Notes: a model not told the origin generated them from the sequence alone. A DNA stretch of 32,000 nt from Wolbachia endosymbiont of Drosophila innubila (GCF_021378375.1 NZ_CP076228.1:360001-392000), one strand, 5' to 3'. Counted from the stretch's first letter, positions 9,912-19,173 are shown. Translations and numbers: made by a program.

Positions 9912-10177
9912 TTACCTTTGATTATTCACTTTAAGCTTTAAGTCTTCAACAGAAGATGCATTTGCCTCACTTACTACCTTTAGTGGTTCACCAAGGCTAT
10001 GTTCCACTTTTGTCTCAAATTTAAAGCCCAATTTTTCGCAAAGCTTCTGAAAATATTCAACAATAACATCAAACAAATTCTTACCACTTACTTTGTAGTT
10101 TTTTAGCTCTTTAGGAATGGTAAGAAGTACTTTACCATCTTCATATGTTACATTTTTATCTTCACATTTCAGTTTTA
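9912..10177 (-). pseudogene. 3' part of hypothetical gene interrupted by the IS5-family element
   Basis: Own translation reads (K)LKCEDKNVTYEDGKVLLTIPKELKNYKVSGKNLFDVIVEYFQKLCEKLGFKFETKVEHSLGEPLKVVSEANASSVEDLKLKVNNQR*. This is in the same frame as 11091..11643 once the IS is removed. Confidence 0.6.
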
Positions 10178-10236
10178 GAGGTTGTCCGGAAACAAGTAAA
10201 AGGCTATAATATCTGAAATTTTAGTACGGGGTAAAG

Positions 10237-10599
10237 ATGAGAAAAAAGTATCCAACAGATCTAAGCGAAAGGGAATGGGCAAGAATAGAAAAACACTTCA
10301 GAGTATCATACAAGAAAGGAGGAAGGCTGCCAAAGTATAGCAAAAAAGAAATATTAGAAGCAATTTTCTATGTATTGCGTACAGGGTGTCAATGGCGGTA
10401 TTTACCAAATGATTTTCCGCTATGGAAGACTGTGTATGAGCAGTTCAGGCAATGGAAGAAGCAGGGAATTTTTGAGAAAATGAATTATGAAATTACAAAA
10501 TATAGTAGAAGAAAAATAGGAAAGAATGAGCAGCCGAGTGCCTGTATAGTAGATAGTCAATCTGTAAAGACTACAGAAAAGGGGGGATCAAAGCTATGA
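10237..10599 (+). CDS. IS5-family transposase, N-terminal segment
   Basis: 120 aa. YVLRTGCQWRYLP and IVDSQSVKTTEKGG (first catalytic D region) are typical of IS5/IS1031 transposases. It stops just after the G6 run at 10581-10586. Confidence 0.8.
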   Translation: MRKKYPTDLSEREWARIEKHFRVSYKKGGRLPKYSKKEILEAIFYVLRTGCQWRYLPNDFPLWKTVYEQFRQWKKQGIFEKMNYEITKYSRRKIGKNEQPSACIVDSQSVKTTEKGGSKL

Positions 10600-10754
10600 T
10601 GGAAGTAAAAAGTAAAGGGTAGAAAAAGGCATATAATTACAGACACTCAGGGTTTTATACTAGGTTGTTACGTAGGCGCTGCTAACGAAAATGATAGAGA
10701 TGGTATTAAAATAGCATTAAACAATATGAGAACAAAATATACTAAAGTTAAAAA

Positions 10755-11066
10755 ATGTGGGCTGACATGGGATACCAAGGAAGAAATTTAAAGAATCACA
10801 TAAAGGAAGAATATGACATAGATATTGAAATTGTTAAAAGGCCTCCATGTAGATTTTGGGTGCACAAAGATACGCCACCTGAGCTACTACCAACAAGAGA
10901 ACAAGGGTTTAAAGTACAGCCAAGAAGATGGGTTGTAGAAAGGACTTTTGCTTGGGTTAATAGGAATAGAAGGCTATCGAAGGAGTATGATTTACTCACA
11001 ACATCCACTGAGAATTTCATATACCTAGCTATGAGTAGGGTTATGTTAAAGAGGGAATATGCTTGA
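10755..11066 (+). CDS. IS5-family transposase, C-terminal DDE segment
   Basis: MWADMGYQG carries the second D and VVERTFAWVNRNRRLSKEYD carries the E. This segment is in a different frame from the N-terminal segment. A middle piece KVKGRKRHIITDTQGFILGCYVGAANENDRDG (10609-10754) lies in the N-terminal frame. Confidence 0.8.
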   Translation: MWADMGYQGRNLKNHIKEEYDIDIEIVKRPPCRFWVHKDTPPELLPTREQGFKVQPRRWVVERTFAWVNRNRRLSKEYDLLTTSTENFIYLAMSRVMLKREYA

Positions 11067-11090
11067 ATTTACTAGTTTCCGGACAACCTC

Positions 11091-11643
11091 TAAACTCCGC
11101 TGAACTGCAAAAACCTGGTGTTTCGATATATGTACAATCATCATAGTTAAGCATTTTTGTATATTTCATGCTAAAACTAAGCTTTATACAATTGGGTTCA
11201 CGACAATCCATAATATACTCTCTTGTCATACAGTTGCTTTGCGTTGACAAATGAAAAGATCCAAGAGCTTGACTCATATCATTAGGAAGAAAATGAGTAT
11301 ATCCGCCCTGATAATAGTTATTTATTAACTCCTCAATAACAGAGTTATTGGGAATTGTTGCACCAACGTGTTTAAACATTTCTGTAAAAATTTGTCTGAG
11401 AAATGGACGATAATTCCCTTTTCCGTTTTCATCCCGTAGAATTAGATTTTTATGTTTTGAATACAGATTGTTAATAAATTCGTTAGTTATTTTTTGTCCG
11501 TTAATAGCAAGGCCGTGTGTTCTATTAAGATCCTTATATGTTCCCTCACCAGAAATTACTTCGTCCCAAGTGTTAGCTTTGAAATCAGCATATTTGAGCT
11601 TCTTCACTTCAGCTTTCAACGCATTGACCATTTCCTTTGACAT
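11091..11643 (-). pseudogene. 5' part of hypothetical gene interrupted by the IS5-family element
   Basis: The ORF-track ORF 11041..11643 reads 184 host codons (MSKEMVNALKAEV...ETPGFCSSAEF). It then continues for 16 codons into the IS inverted repeat (RGCPETSKFKHIPSLT*). I recognise no family for it. Confidence 0.6.
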
Positions 11644-11700
11644 GTTATATCTCTACCATTAATACCTGTATATTAATTCTAGCACTTACTTTATTAAATT

Positions 11701-14700
11701 TCAATTACTAAATGAATTTATCACTTTCACTTCCGTATTTTCCAGCGAGTCACCGTAAGTCACTGCTTTTAGGTAAAACTTTTTTCCCCTTTGCACTTCG
11801 AAAGATATTACTGAATCATCAAGCAGAGTAAATTTTTCACCTGCGGTGTGCTGATACTCTTTGGTGCCCTCTTGCCCTCTAATTAGGTTGCTAAGCTTAT
11901 ATTTATTTTTATCTATAAGTTCGGCACTCTGAAATTTTACTATCTCTTTTCCAACCAGTGCTAAATTGCTTACATTTATAGTACTAACATTAGTGCTTGT
12001 AAAACCCTCTTCTGTCATCCCAGTGCCCAGACACTGGGATCCAGGAGAAATATGGTCAAGCGCTGGAATGACACCATCACTTAAATAATGGTTATATGAA
12101 GAACTCAATACACCAAAACGTAACACTACTATAAGCCCCTCGTCGGTAGATTCCATTACATATCCGTAAGTAGACTGCTTGTTTGTGTTTGCGATAGGCT
12201 TATAATCCTTATCGTTGTACGAAATAAAGAGTGTTGCTCCTTTCCAATTCTTTTCCTCACTAATTAAAGTAAAGCTTGCACTATTACCTTTAATATCCGG
12301 TAAATCTATCATTTCTACGATGGTTTTGCTGATATGAGAAGGAGGGTATTCCTTCAGCATAAGTGACCTTGTTGAAGGAAAAGAAAGCTTATATATAGAG
12401 TGATCATAACCAACGCCAATTACTTGAATGGACATGCTTTCAAATTTCGTTTTTATAATTCTCACCGTATGTTTTTTCTCACTGTCTAAAATCGTTATTA
12501 CATCACTTGGCACAAGCCACGCATATTTTATCGGTAGCTTGAAATTGTATATATTTCTCTCTTGCCACGAAGAATAAAGTAAAACCTCAGCGATATTTTG
12601 CGCCTCTCCCTCCTCCATAATGAGCGGTATTTCAACTGTTATAGCAGCGCCTTGCTTTGGCAACTCAGCATATTTAACATCAATTGGATAGCCAAAATTG
12701 CGATTAAAATAAACGACGTTAACTTTATTGTTTAAATCTAATTGACTGATATTAGCAAGTTTTGAATTGTTACTGAAAACCGTTTCACCAATTGGTATTT
12801 CAGTCGTAACTCCCCTGCCCTTTTGGACAAATTTCAGTTTAGAGTCCTGTTCAACCACATCAAAAAAATAGCAATTTTGCAGCATTTTAATAATTGAACG
12901 TACCGATTGCTGGTCATTTATTACATATCCAGACAATAATTCTTTAACATCACTCGTATCGAACTGATCGCTTTTTAAACCTGCTTTTTGTAATAGATCC
13001 GATAAAACATCGGAAATATTAAGCTGTGAAAGCTTTCCCTGAATCCAATGTCCTGTCTGCCAATTATGGCAGTCAGTCCACATATCACACAAATTGGGGA
13101 AATAAGGAAATGGCCTTGCATCCCATGCCCAGAGAAACATTTTTTCTACCATTTCCGAGCTTTGCCACTTCTTTAGCGTTCCTTCAATTGCAATTTTTTG
13201 CGAAAGAAAGCTCACCTCTCCGTTTGAATATCGTGGATATTTGCTCTCTATGCTGCCTTTATCAACAAACACATTTGGCTCATTAGTGCAGCCGTTCATA
13301 CTGGGAAATCCATACTCAGTAAACCATATTTTTTTCATTTTTGGTTGCCATTTCGTTTTACTACCACTGGGGTTTATGTGAGTTTCACTCCACCATTTCT
13401 CTATATTTTTCCACGCATACCTGCTGTCGTTATACTTTACTTTTTCAGGTTCACTCTTTGAGTAATCATAGAAATAATCATACCCCACTCCACTGCTCCA
13501 ACCACCCATTACATCTTCCGCGGAATAACCAAAAGGAGGCTCTGGACCATCAGTCAGTGGAAAATAAGCATCTATGCCAATAACGTCGATGTACTCTGAA
13601 GACCAAAGCTCATCCATATTATACCAACCATCATATGAATGGTATTCACTCCAATCAGCAGCGTAAGTTACCGTTACTTCTTTTCCAAGCTGAAGTTTTA
13701 TTCGCTTTGCAAGCTTAACTAGCTCTATAACGGCAGGGTAATTCCCTTGTTCATCCCTGATTTTGGTAAGTTGCGCAAATTCAGATCCGATGATAAACCC
13801 TTCCACTTTAGTTTGTTTGGCAATGCTTGCATAATGCTCTATAAATTTGTTATATTGATTCTCAAAAAAATCACTTATATCCCCAGGGGTCCCGCTCAAT
13901 TTTCCTCGCTACTCTTTGTTCTTTGTGTCAAGTAAGGGCATTGGATAGAGCATCACCTTGTAGCCTCTGCTGTGTAGCTCTTCTATATATCTTATCAACG
14001 CTGCATCACTAACTGTGCCACCATACCTTGGGTTTCCACTCGCATCTTTTGAAATTAGCTGAGCATTATCTCTGGTTACACCCCCTACTTGCCAATCATC
14101 AGGTAATATTGCGGAATCATCTTGAAATTCAACTGCAAGATATATTTTACAATCTTTAATGTTCAGATCATTCACAAACCAATTGACTACCACCGACACC
14201 AACTCAACATTTGGCAAATCTTCTTTTAATTGATCCAAAGAAAGCATTGCATCGCTCTTTTTAGTGTGGTTGTTGTGATTTACCCTTTGCGCCAGCCCAT
14301 ATGGGATATATTGGTTGCTGCTTATTTTCTCTTGCGCGATTTTCTTCTGTATTTTTGTATCATATACAAACTCACCTGAACCTGGTATGATATTGATATT
14401 CCGAATATTTTCCGCTATTGAAAACCCAACGGGCTTTAATGCAGTTCGCACTTCAAATGTAAATATCGGGACGCGATTGTTATAGTCTGCTAAAGGAAAA
14501 TTCTTGATGACTATGTAAGATATTTCCCTATAAGCCGGCACATTCCCCTCTCCTTCAATTGATGACATAAATGGATCAGGATTTTGGTCTTCTCTGCCGC
14601 TGTAAAAAGTATAATCTATTTCATCAAAGCTAAGTGATGTTGTATCTGCCCAGATTCTGTTTAATTTTTCTACTTTCCCCTTGCAGATCGCAATTGCAAG

Positions 14701-15036
14701 CGTTGCGTAGTAATTATATGTAACGTTCATACCTCTTCCAATTTTGCTTTTGGTGGTTATCGCCTCTTCTTTTATTGGCTGTGACCAAATAATGTTCCCT
14801 GCAACACGAGCAGTGCCATAGATAATTGGAATCGTTCTGCCGTAGGTTGAGGTTTGAACTTGCAGATTTTTTAGTCTCGCACCATGCGTTACTTTTTGCT
14901 CGGCATCAAGGCCGAACATTGCCCCATCTAGCTGTGCACCAAGAAGAGCACCGAGTTCTGAGCCGATAATCCGGCCAATTGGACCAAAAATGCTGCCTGC
15001 TTGACCAAAAATTGATGATAAAATTATTGTAGACAT
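11701..15036 (-). pseudogene. Phage-tail / host-specificity protein of the gene-transfer-agent type (RcGTA ORFg15-like: GTA TIM-barrel-like domain plus tail domain), split by one in-frame TAG at 13909..13911
   Basis: The N-terminus MSTIILSSIFGQAGSIFGPIGRIIGSELGALLGAQLD is the glycine-rich start typical of g15-type proteins. EGFIIGSEFAQLTKIRD...VTYAADWSEYH...IDVIGIDAYFPLTD matches the GTA TIM-barrel-like domain as I recall it. ATG at 15036 is preceded by AAGGAGGA. The two ORF-track ORFs (13909..15087 and 11701..13899) are in the same frame, separated only by TAG plus 3 codons. Confidence 0.8.
12013..12073. repeat. Palindromic repeat element embedded in-frame in the tail-protein gene
   Basis: The gene strand reads gtcattccagcgcttgaccatatttctcctggatcccagtgtctgggcactgggatgaca (60-61 nt). 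It encodes VIPALDHISPGSQCLGTGMT and has the same unit order as the tkt insert. Confidence 0.8.
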
Positions 15037-15080
15037 GGTAATCCTCCTTTTGATAGATTTTTTTGAAATTGTTGAGAGAA

Positions 15081-15131
15081 GATCCAAGTATCACGCTACT
15101 TGGATGACAAGAAAGTGGTACTGGGATGACA
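15081..15131. repeat. Hairpin repeat units upstream of the tail-protein gene
   Basis: atccaagta-tcacgc-tacttggat hairpin followed by gatgaca and tactgggatgaca. Confidence 0.75.
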
Positions 15132-15317
15132 GATACTATGATAAGAAATTCAGCAGCTTACAATGGATAGTTGAAGTTTTTAATTAAGAAAAGCACACAA
15201 GTAAACCGTGTAGCTATAGTTATTGTAAGCAACAATGAAAAAGTGCGGAAGTGAAAAATTTATGTTGATTTTATATTAATTTTTAGTACAATTTAGTATT
15301 ATAATCTGGGGGTGCTA

Positions 15318-16328
15318 ATGAAATTTGAAAGGTCGGAAGAAAATAGTAAAAGAGTCTTGTCTGGTACAAAATGGATTACTAATGTTGGTCAAAACTATCT
15401 TACATCACTGAATAATAGCACTAAACCAACTAGTTCTGGAAAAAAATTAATCAATGCTTTTTTACTTGTTCCAATCATCGTGCCTACTGCTATAACAGCA
15501 TTATCTCTTAGCTTAACTATGCTTTTTTTGAATGCTGTTAATGTTCAAAAAGATGATTCTAAATTATCTAAAGTAATAAAGTTTATAGTTAGCTCTCTAA
15601 TCTATATAGCTGCTACCGTGGTTTTAATTCCGTGCATTGTATTAAATCTAATAATTTCACTGATACCTGGTCTTATTTTTTATTACATTAATAAAGACAT
15701 GTTTAGTCAAAAAGACATAAAAAACAGTCAAGGTCAACCAGTAAATAAAGTTGAGATAAGTAATGATAAAGAATACAATGAGCGTGTTGAAAAAGAAGCT
15801 AGCATATTAGGAACTGACCAACATCAAAATAATGAAGAGCACGAGCAAAATGAACTAAGGAGTAATAGTCAAAGTAATTCAGAACAACACCATTCAGCAT
15901 ATAATCAAGCATTAGTAAGTAATGGTCAACTACATAATCAACCGACTGTAGAAGTAATATCTCGAGAAGTGGGTAATACGCGATTTGTAGACCAGACTGT
16001 TATAGCAAAGGATATAAATAATGATGGTATACGAGATGGTGGAATGATGATGCGAGCAGTTGGAAATGATCGTAACTTCACTGCTTGTGGTGTTGTTACC
16101 GGAAATGCTACTAATAAACAAGAAGGTTTCGCTACTGCTATGAAGCTTTCATGTAACATTGTTGAAAATGGAATAGATTTCCAACTTGGCTGCAGTATGC
16201 GCACTGGAACTGACAAAAAGCAAGCAATTAAACATCTTAAGCAAAGTGAATCAGCGCAAACTTTGCTATCTGGTGATAGTGGAATATTGTCTATAGAGCA
16301 GTTTGGTAGCTCACAACGAAAGCAGTAA
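15318..16328 (+). CDS. Hypothetical membrane protein with Q/N/E/H-rich low-complexity linker
   Basis: The ORF track starts at GTG 15312; ATG 15318 is more likely. There are two long hydrophobic segments (LLVPIIVPTAITALSLSLTMLFL and IVSSLIYIAATVVLIPCIVLNLIISLIPGLIFYYI). These are followed by HQNNEEHEQNELRSNSQSNSEQHH and a C-terminal domain I cannot assign. Confidence 0.55.
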   Translation: MKFERSEENSKRVLSGTKWITNVGQNYLTSLNNSTKPTSSGKKLINAFLLVPIIVPTAITALSLSLTMLFLNAVNVQKDDSKLSKVIKFIVSSLIYIAATVVLIPCIVLNLIISLIPGLIFYYINKDMFSQKDIKNSQGQPVNKVEISNDKEYNERVEKEASILGTDQHQNNEEHEQNELRSNSQSNSEQHHSAYNQALVSNGQLHNQPTVEVISREVGNTRFVDQTVIAKDINNDGIRDGGMMMRAVGNDRNFTACGVVTGNATNKQEGFATAMKLSCNIVENGIDFQLGCSMRTGTDKKQAIKHLKQSESAQTLLSGDSGILSIEQFGSSQRKQ

Positions 16329-16886
16329 TTATTTCACCAGCGGCAAAGTAATACCATGCTGATTCATATATTTTCCTTTCATATCATCATATGATTTCTC
16401 GCATTCACTTTCGCCGCTTAAAAATACGAATTGGCATGCGCCTTCATTAGCGTAAATTTTCGCAGGAAGTGGAGTGGTGTTTGAGAATTCGAGTGTGACA
16501 TGACCTTCCCATCCAGGTTCTAAGGGAGTAACGTTTACTATAATTCCACATCTTGCGTAAGTTGATTTACCAACACAAATGACCAGTACATTCCTTGGTA
16601 TACGAAAATATTCCACTGTACTTGCAAGCACAAAGCTATTTGGTGGAATTATACATACGTCTGTTTCCTTATCTATGAAGCTATTCTCAGAAAAATTTTT
16701 AGGGTCCACGATGGCTGAATTAACGTTAGTAAAAATTTTAAATTTATTATCCACTCTTGCATCGTAACCATAAGATGATAGTCCGAAAGATATAACACCT
16801 TTGCTGCTTTTGTGGTTCACAAAAGGTTCTATCATTCCAAAATTTTCAGCTTTTTCTCTTATCCATTTATCTGGCATAACTGGCAT
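16329..16886 (-). CDS. dcd: dCTP deaminase
   Basis: 185 aa. [10 protein letters not shown]...MIEPF...[14 protein letters not shown]...[17 protein letters not shown] are conserved Dcd blocks. Confidence 0.9.
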   Translation of the reverse strand: MPVMPDKWIREKAENFGMIEPFVNHKSSKGVISFGLSSYGYDARVDNKFKIFTNVNSAIVDPKNFSENSFIDKETDVCIIPPNSFVLASTVEYFRIPRNVLVICVGKSTYARCGIIVNVTPLEPGWEGHVTLEFSNTTPLPAKIYANEGACQFVFLSGESECEKSYDDMKGKYMNQHGITLPLVK

Positions 16887-17027
16887 AATTGCCCCTTAAA
16901 GTTGTGTAATACTTACAATAATATAAAATAAAATTTAAATGTAAACTGTAGCTTTTGTCATGCAATTAAAGCTTTTCAGTTTGATTTTTTATTACAATAA
17001 TTAGATTTATGTTCTTAACTAAAAATA

Positions 17028-18044
17028 ATGCTTAGAAACTTTCTCCTGATTTTTGTATTCGTATTATTCACGCCGCTATCAAATGCTGATGCCAGGAAAT
17101 ACATCAGAATTGTTGGATCTTCAACTGTTTTTCCTTTTATCTCGTTTATAGCCGAAGAGTTCAACCGTGTATTCTCCTTTAAGACTCCAGTTGTGGAATC
17201 GATAGGAAGTGGATCAGGATTCAAAATGTTTTGCTCAGGAATAGGGGAAGACACTCCAGACATCACCACTTCATCTCGCCCTATGAAGGAAGTAGAAAGA
17301 GAACTATGTAAAAGGAATAAAATTAATGAAGTGATAGAAATCATCATTGGCTATGATGGAGTTGTCATTGCAAATTCAAATCAAAGCCATAGATTTGATT
17401 TCACAAAGAAGGACTTATTTGAAACTTTATCTGCATATTCTCAAGAAAATGATAAATTAGTAAAAAATAATAAGAAGTTTTGGTCTAATGTCAATCAAGC
17501 CTTACCAAAAACAGAAATTGAAATTTATGGTCCACATCAAAATACAGGTACATACGAAACTTTGGTTAATTCTATTATGCTTGATCAATATTCATGCATG
17601 AACTCGAGAATTTTCAAAGAGAATTATAAAGATCAGGAAGAAAGAAAGAAAGCATGTGGTAATATAAGGGATGACGGAAGGTATATAGAAGTTGGAATTA
17701 ATGAAAATATAATAATACAAAAATTGAAAAGTAACAAGAACGCCTTAGGGATATTTAGTTTCAGCTTTTTAATGAGGAATCAAGATAAAATACAAGGGAG
17801 CACAATTGCAGGAATTGAGCCAACTTACGAAAATATATCATCGGGAAAATATATATTAGCAAGACCTCTATACCTTTACATAAAGAGGGAACACTTGGAT
17901 ACTGTTGATGGATTAAGAGAATTCGTAAAAGAAATTATAGATTCGATCGGCATTGAAGATGGGTACCTATCTAGGCTTGGTCTAATTCCACTTTCAAGTG
18001 AAGATATAAAGAAAGCTTCAGCAAAGGTTTATGATATAACGTGA
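17028..18044 (+). CDS. pstS: Phosphate ABC transporter substrate-binding protein (PstS family)
   Basis: 338 aa. The N-terminus looks like a signal peptide (MLRNFLLIFVFVLFTPLSNADA). IRIVGSSTVFPF and GSGSGFKMFCSG are PstS/PBP-type motifs. Confidence 0.8.
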   Translation: MLRNFLLIFVFVLFTPLSNADARKYIRIVGSSTVFPFISFIAEEFNRVFSFKTPVVESIGSGSGFKMFCSGIGEDTPDITTSSRPMKEVERELCKRNKINEVIEIIIGYDGVVIANSNQSHRFDFTKKDLFETLSAYSQENDKLVKNNKKFWSNVNQALPKTEIEIYGPHQNTGTYETLVNSIMLDQYSCMNSRIFKENYKDQEERKKACGNIRDDGRYIEVGINENIIIQKLKSNKNALGIFSFSFLMRNQDKIQGSTIAGIEPTYENISSGKYILARPLYLYIKREHLDTVDGLREFVKEIIDSIGIEDGYLSRLGLIPLSSEDIKKASAKVYDIT

Positions 18045-18080
18045 CGGCAACGTTTCTTTTATATTCTTTGTTCTAGCGTA

Positions 18081-18112
18081 GTCAGACCCAGCGCGGCGCG
18101 CTGGGATGACAA
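18081..18112. repeat. Solo GC-rich hairpin unit between convergent genes
   Basis: cccagcgcg-g-cgcgctggg (18087-18105) has a perfect 9-bp stem and is followed by gatgaca. It is a family-end motif and has no U-run. Confidence 0.6.
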
Positions 18113-18116
18113 TGGA

Positions 18117-18791
18117 TTACTGATTAGGCAGTTCTGCGTTGTTGCAACACCCAGAAACAACCGGGTTCAAACTTTTCGTATTTGGACTTTCTGATTTCTC
18201 ACAAACTCCTCCAATATAAGCTAGTACAGCCAATGCTGAAACTGCTGAAACTTCTAAAACTAATGCAACTACAGGATATGCCAGCACATAGGCTGCAATA
18301 GCACCAACTACGCATAGTCCAACAACGCCTAGAGCGATCTTCCCTTTGTATTCATTAAGCTTTATTTCTCTGTCCTTTTTATAACCCTTAACTTCTTGAA
18401 TAAAGTCTTCAAGCCATCCCTCACCAGCTATATTAGCATACTCTTTTTGTTGCTTTTCAAGAGAACCTATTATATAGTTATCTTCTGTATTTTGACCTTC
18501 TCTATTAACCATGTGGTCTTCAAGCCAGAAGTTACGAACATCAGGGGAAGCTTTATCCCAAAGAAGTTTAGTGATCTCTTTTATCTTTTCAAATTCTTCT
18601 TTGCCAAGATTTCTTTCATAGTCAACCATCAGAGGATAAATTAACAAGCAATCAATATCAGTAGCATCACTCCAATATACATTTCGCGTCAAAACACTTT
18701 CTACATCTTCACCGCAATTCTCTAGTGCTGTTTTAACTTGATCAACATTAAGACTTCTTATTGCACGCCTTAGTGCCATATCAAGATCCAT
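18117..18791 (-). CDS. Hypothetical protein with C-terminal double transmembrane segment
   Basis: 224 aa. The soluble N-terminal part is followed by IALGVVGLCVVGAIAAYVLAYPVVALVLEVSAVSALAVLAYIGGV. The start overlaps the upstream stop as TAATG. I recognise no family. Confidence 0.5.
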   Translation of the reverse strand: MDLDMALRRAIRSLNVDQVKTALENCGEDVESVLTRNVYWSDATDIDCLLIYPLMVDYERNLGKEEFEKIKEITKLLWDKASPDVRNFWLEDHMVNREGQNTEDNYIIGSLEKQQKEYANIAGEGWLEDFIQEVKGYKKDREIKLNEYKGKIALGVVGLCVVGAIAAYVLAYPVVALVLEVSAVSALAVLAYIGGVCEKSESPNTKSLNPVVSGCCNNAELPNQ

Positions 18792-19173
18792 TACCTCTTG
18801 TGCTCTTCTATTTCTTGAATAACTGTTTTAAGAGCAGGTATGTTATAAAGGCCAAATCCTCGAAAACTCTCTATTGCACGACAACACACAAAATCACGAG
18901 TTTTCTGATTAGCAACTTTCCAAATTTGTTTAATGATCTCTACGTTTTCTCCAATTTCTCCTTGAACTTTAACTCCAGCGTCAAGACCAATAATAGCAAA
19001 ATCTAAAAAATTATCTTTGTAACCAGCCCCAATCCCCTCGTGGTTCAAAACTGCTTGTATATTATCACATTCATTATTGTCGAATATGCCCTGGACCTTT
19101 TGAGGGTAGTTATTGCTAATTGCTATAATTAATGAAGCTCGAATTTTTTTTGTATATCAGTTAATTCAACCAT
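18791..19173 (-). pseudogene. Hypothetical gene with frameshift in an A8 tract
   Basis: ATG 19173 has SD agaggt 6 nt upstream and reads MVELTDIQKK, then hits a stop 4 codons later. The -1 frame is open from the A8 run (T8 on plus strand, 19144-19151) to the stop at 18791 (IRASLIIAISNNYPQKVQGIFDNNECDNIQAVLNHEGIGAGY...). The ORF track shows only the TTG-started 85-aa tail. Confidence 0.45.

Larger units (their letters stand above)
10178..11090 (+). mobile_element. IS5-family insertion sequence (IS1031 group, ISWpi1-like), about 913-919 bp
   Basis: Perfect terminal inverted repeats GAGGTTGTCCGGAAAC (10178-10193) and GTTTCCGGACAACCTC (11075-11090). Complementarity extends through the flanks to 20 bp (tttagagg.../...cctctaaa). 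The interior encodes a DDE transposase. Flanks read TTA and TAA, sharing TA. Confidence 0.85.

Noticed and set aside
10796-11020. 74-aa ORF antisense within the IS5 element.
   Set aside because: It overlaps the conserved DDE C-terminal segment of the transposase and has no known IS5 antisense gene equivalent.
14906-15094. 62-aa alternative-frame ORF, and the upstream extension of the tail gene to 15087.
   Set aside because: ATG 15036 has a consensus SD (AAGGAGGA) and begins the conserved glycine-rich N-terminus. The extension and the overlapping frame lack support.
16946-16962. Pho-box-like ctgtagcttttgtcatg upstream of pstS.
   Set aside because: The half-sites are spaced 9 nt rather than the 11-nt period of PhoB boxes, and only one pair is present. 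I have no evidence that this lineage has PhoB.
17015-17347. 110-aa ORF antisense to the pstS 5' end.
   Set aside because: It fully overlaps the well-supported pstS CDS and signal peptide, and has no motifs.
18087-18105. GC-rich hairpin between convergent pstS and the 224-aa gene as an intrinsic terminator.
   Set aside because: There is no U-tract on either strand after the stem. The sequence ends in the family motif ctgggatgaca, so it is better explained as a solo repeat unit; any terminator activity is untested.
18396-19006. Plus-strand ORFs 18396..18644 and 18761..19006.
   Set aside because: They are antisense shadows of the minus-strand gene pair. Their peptides are AT-rich and low-complexity (F/L/I/K/N).
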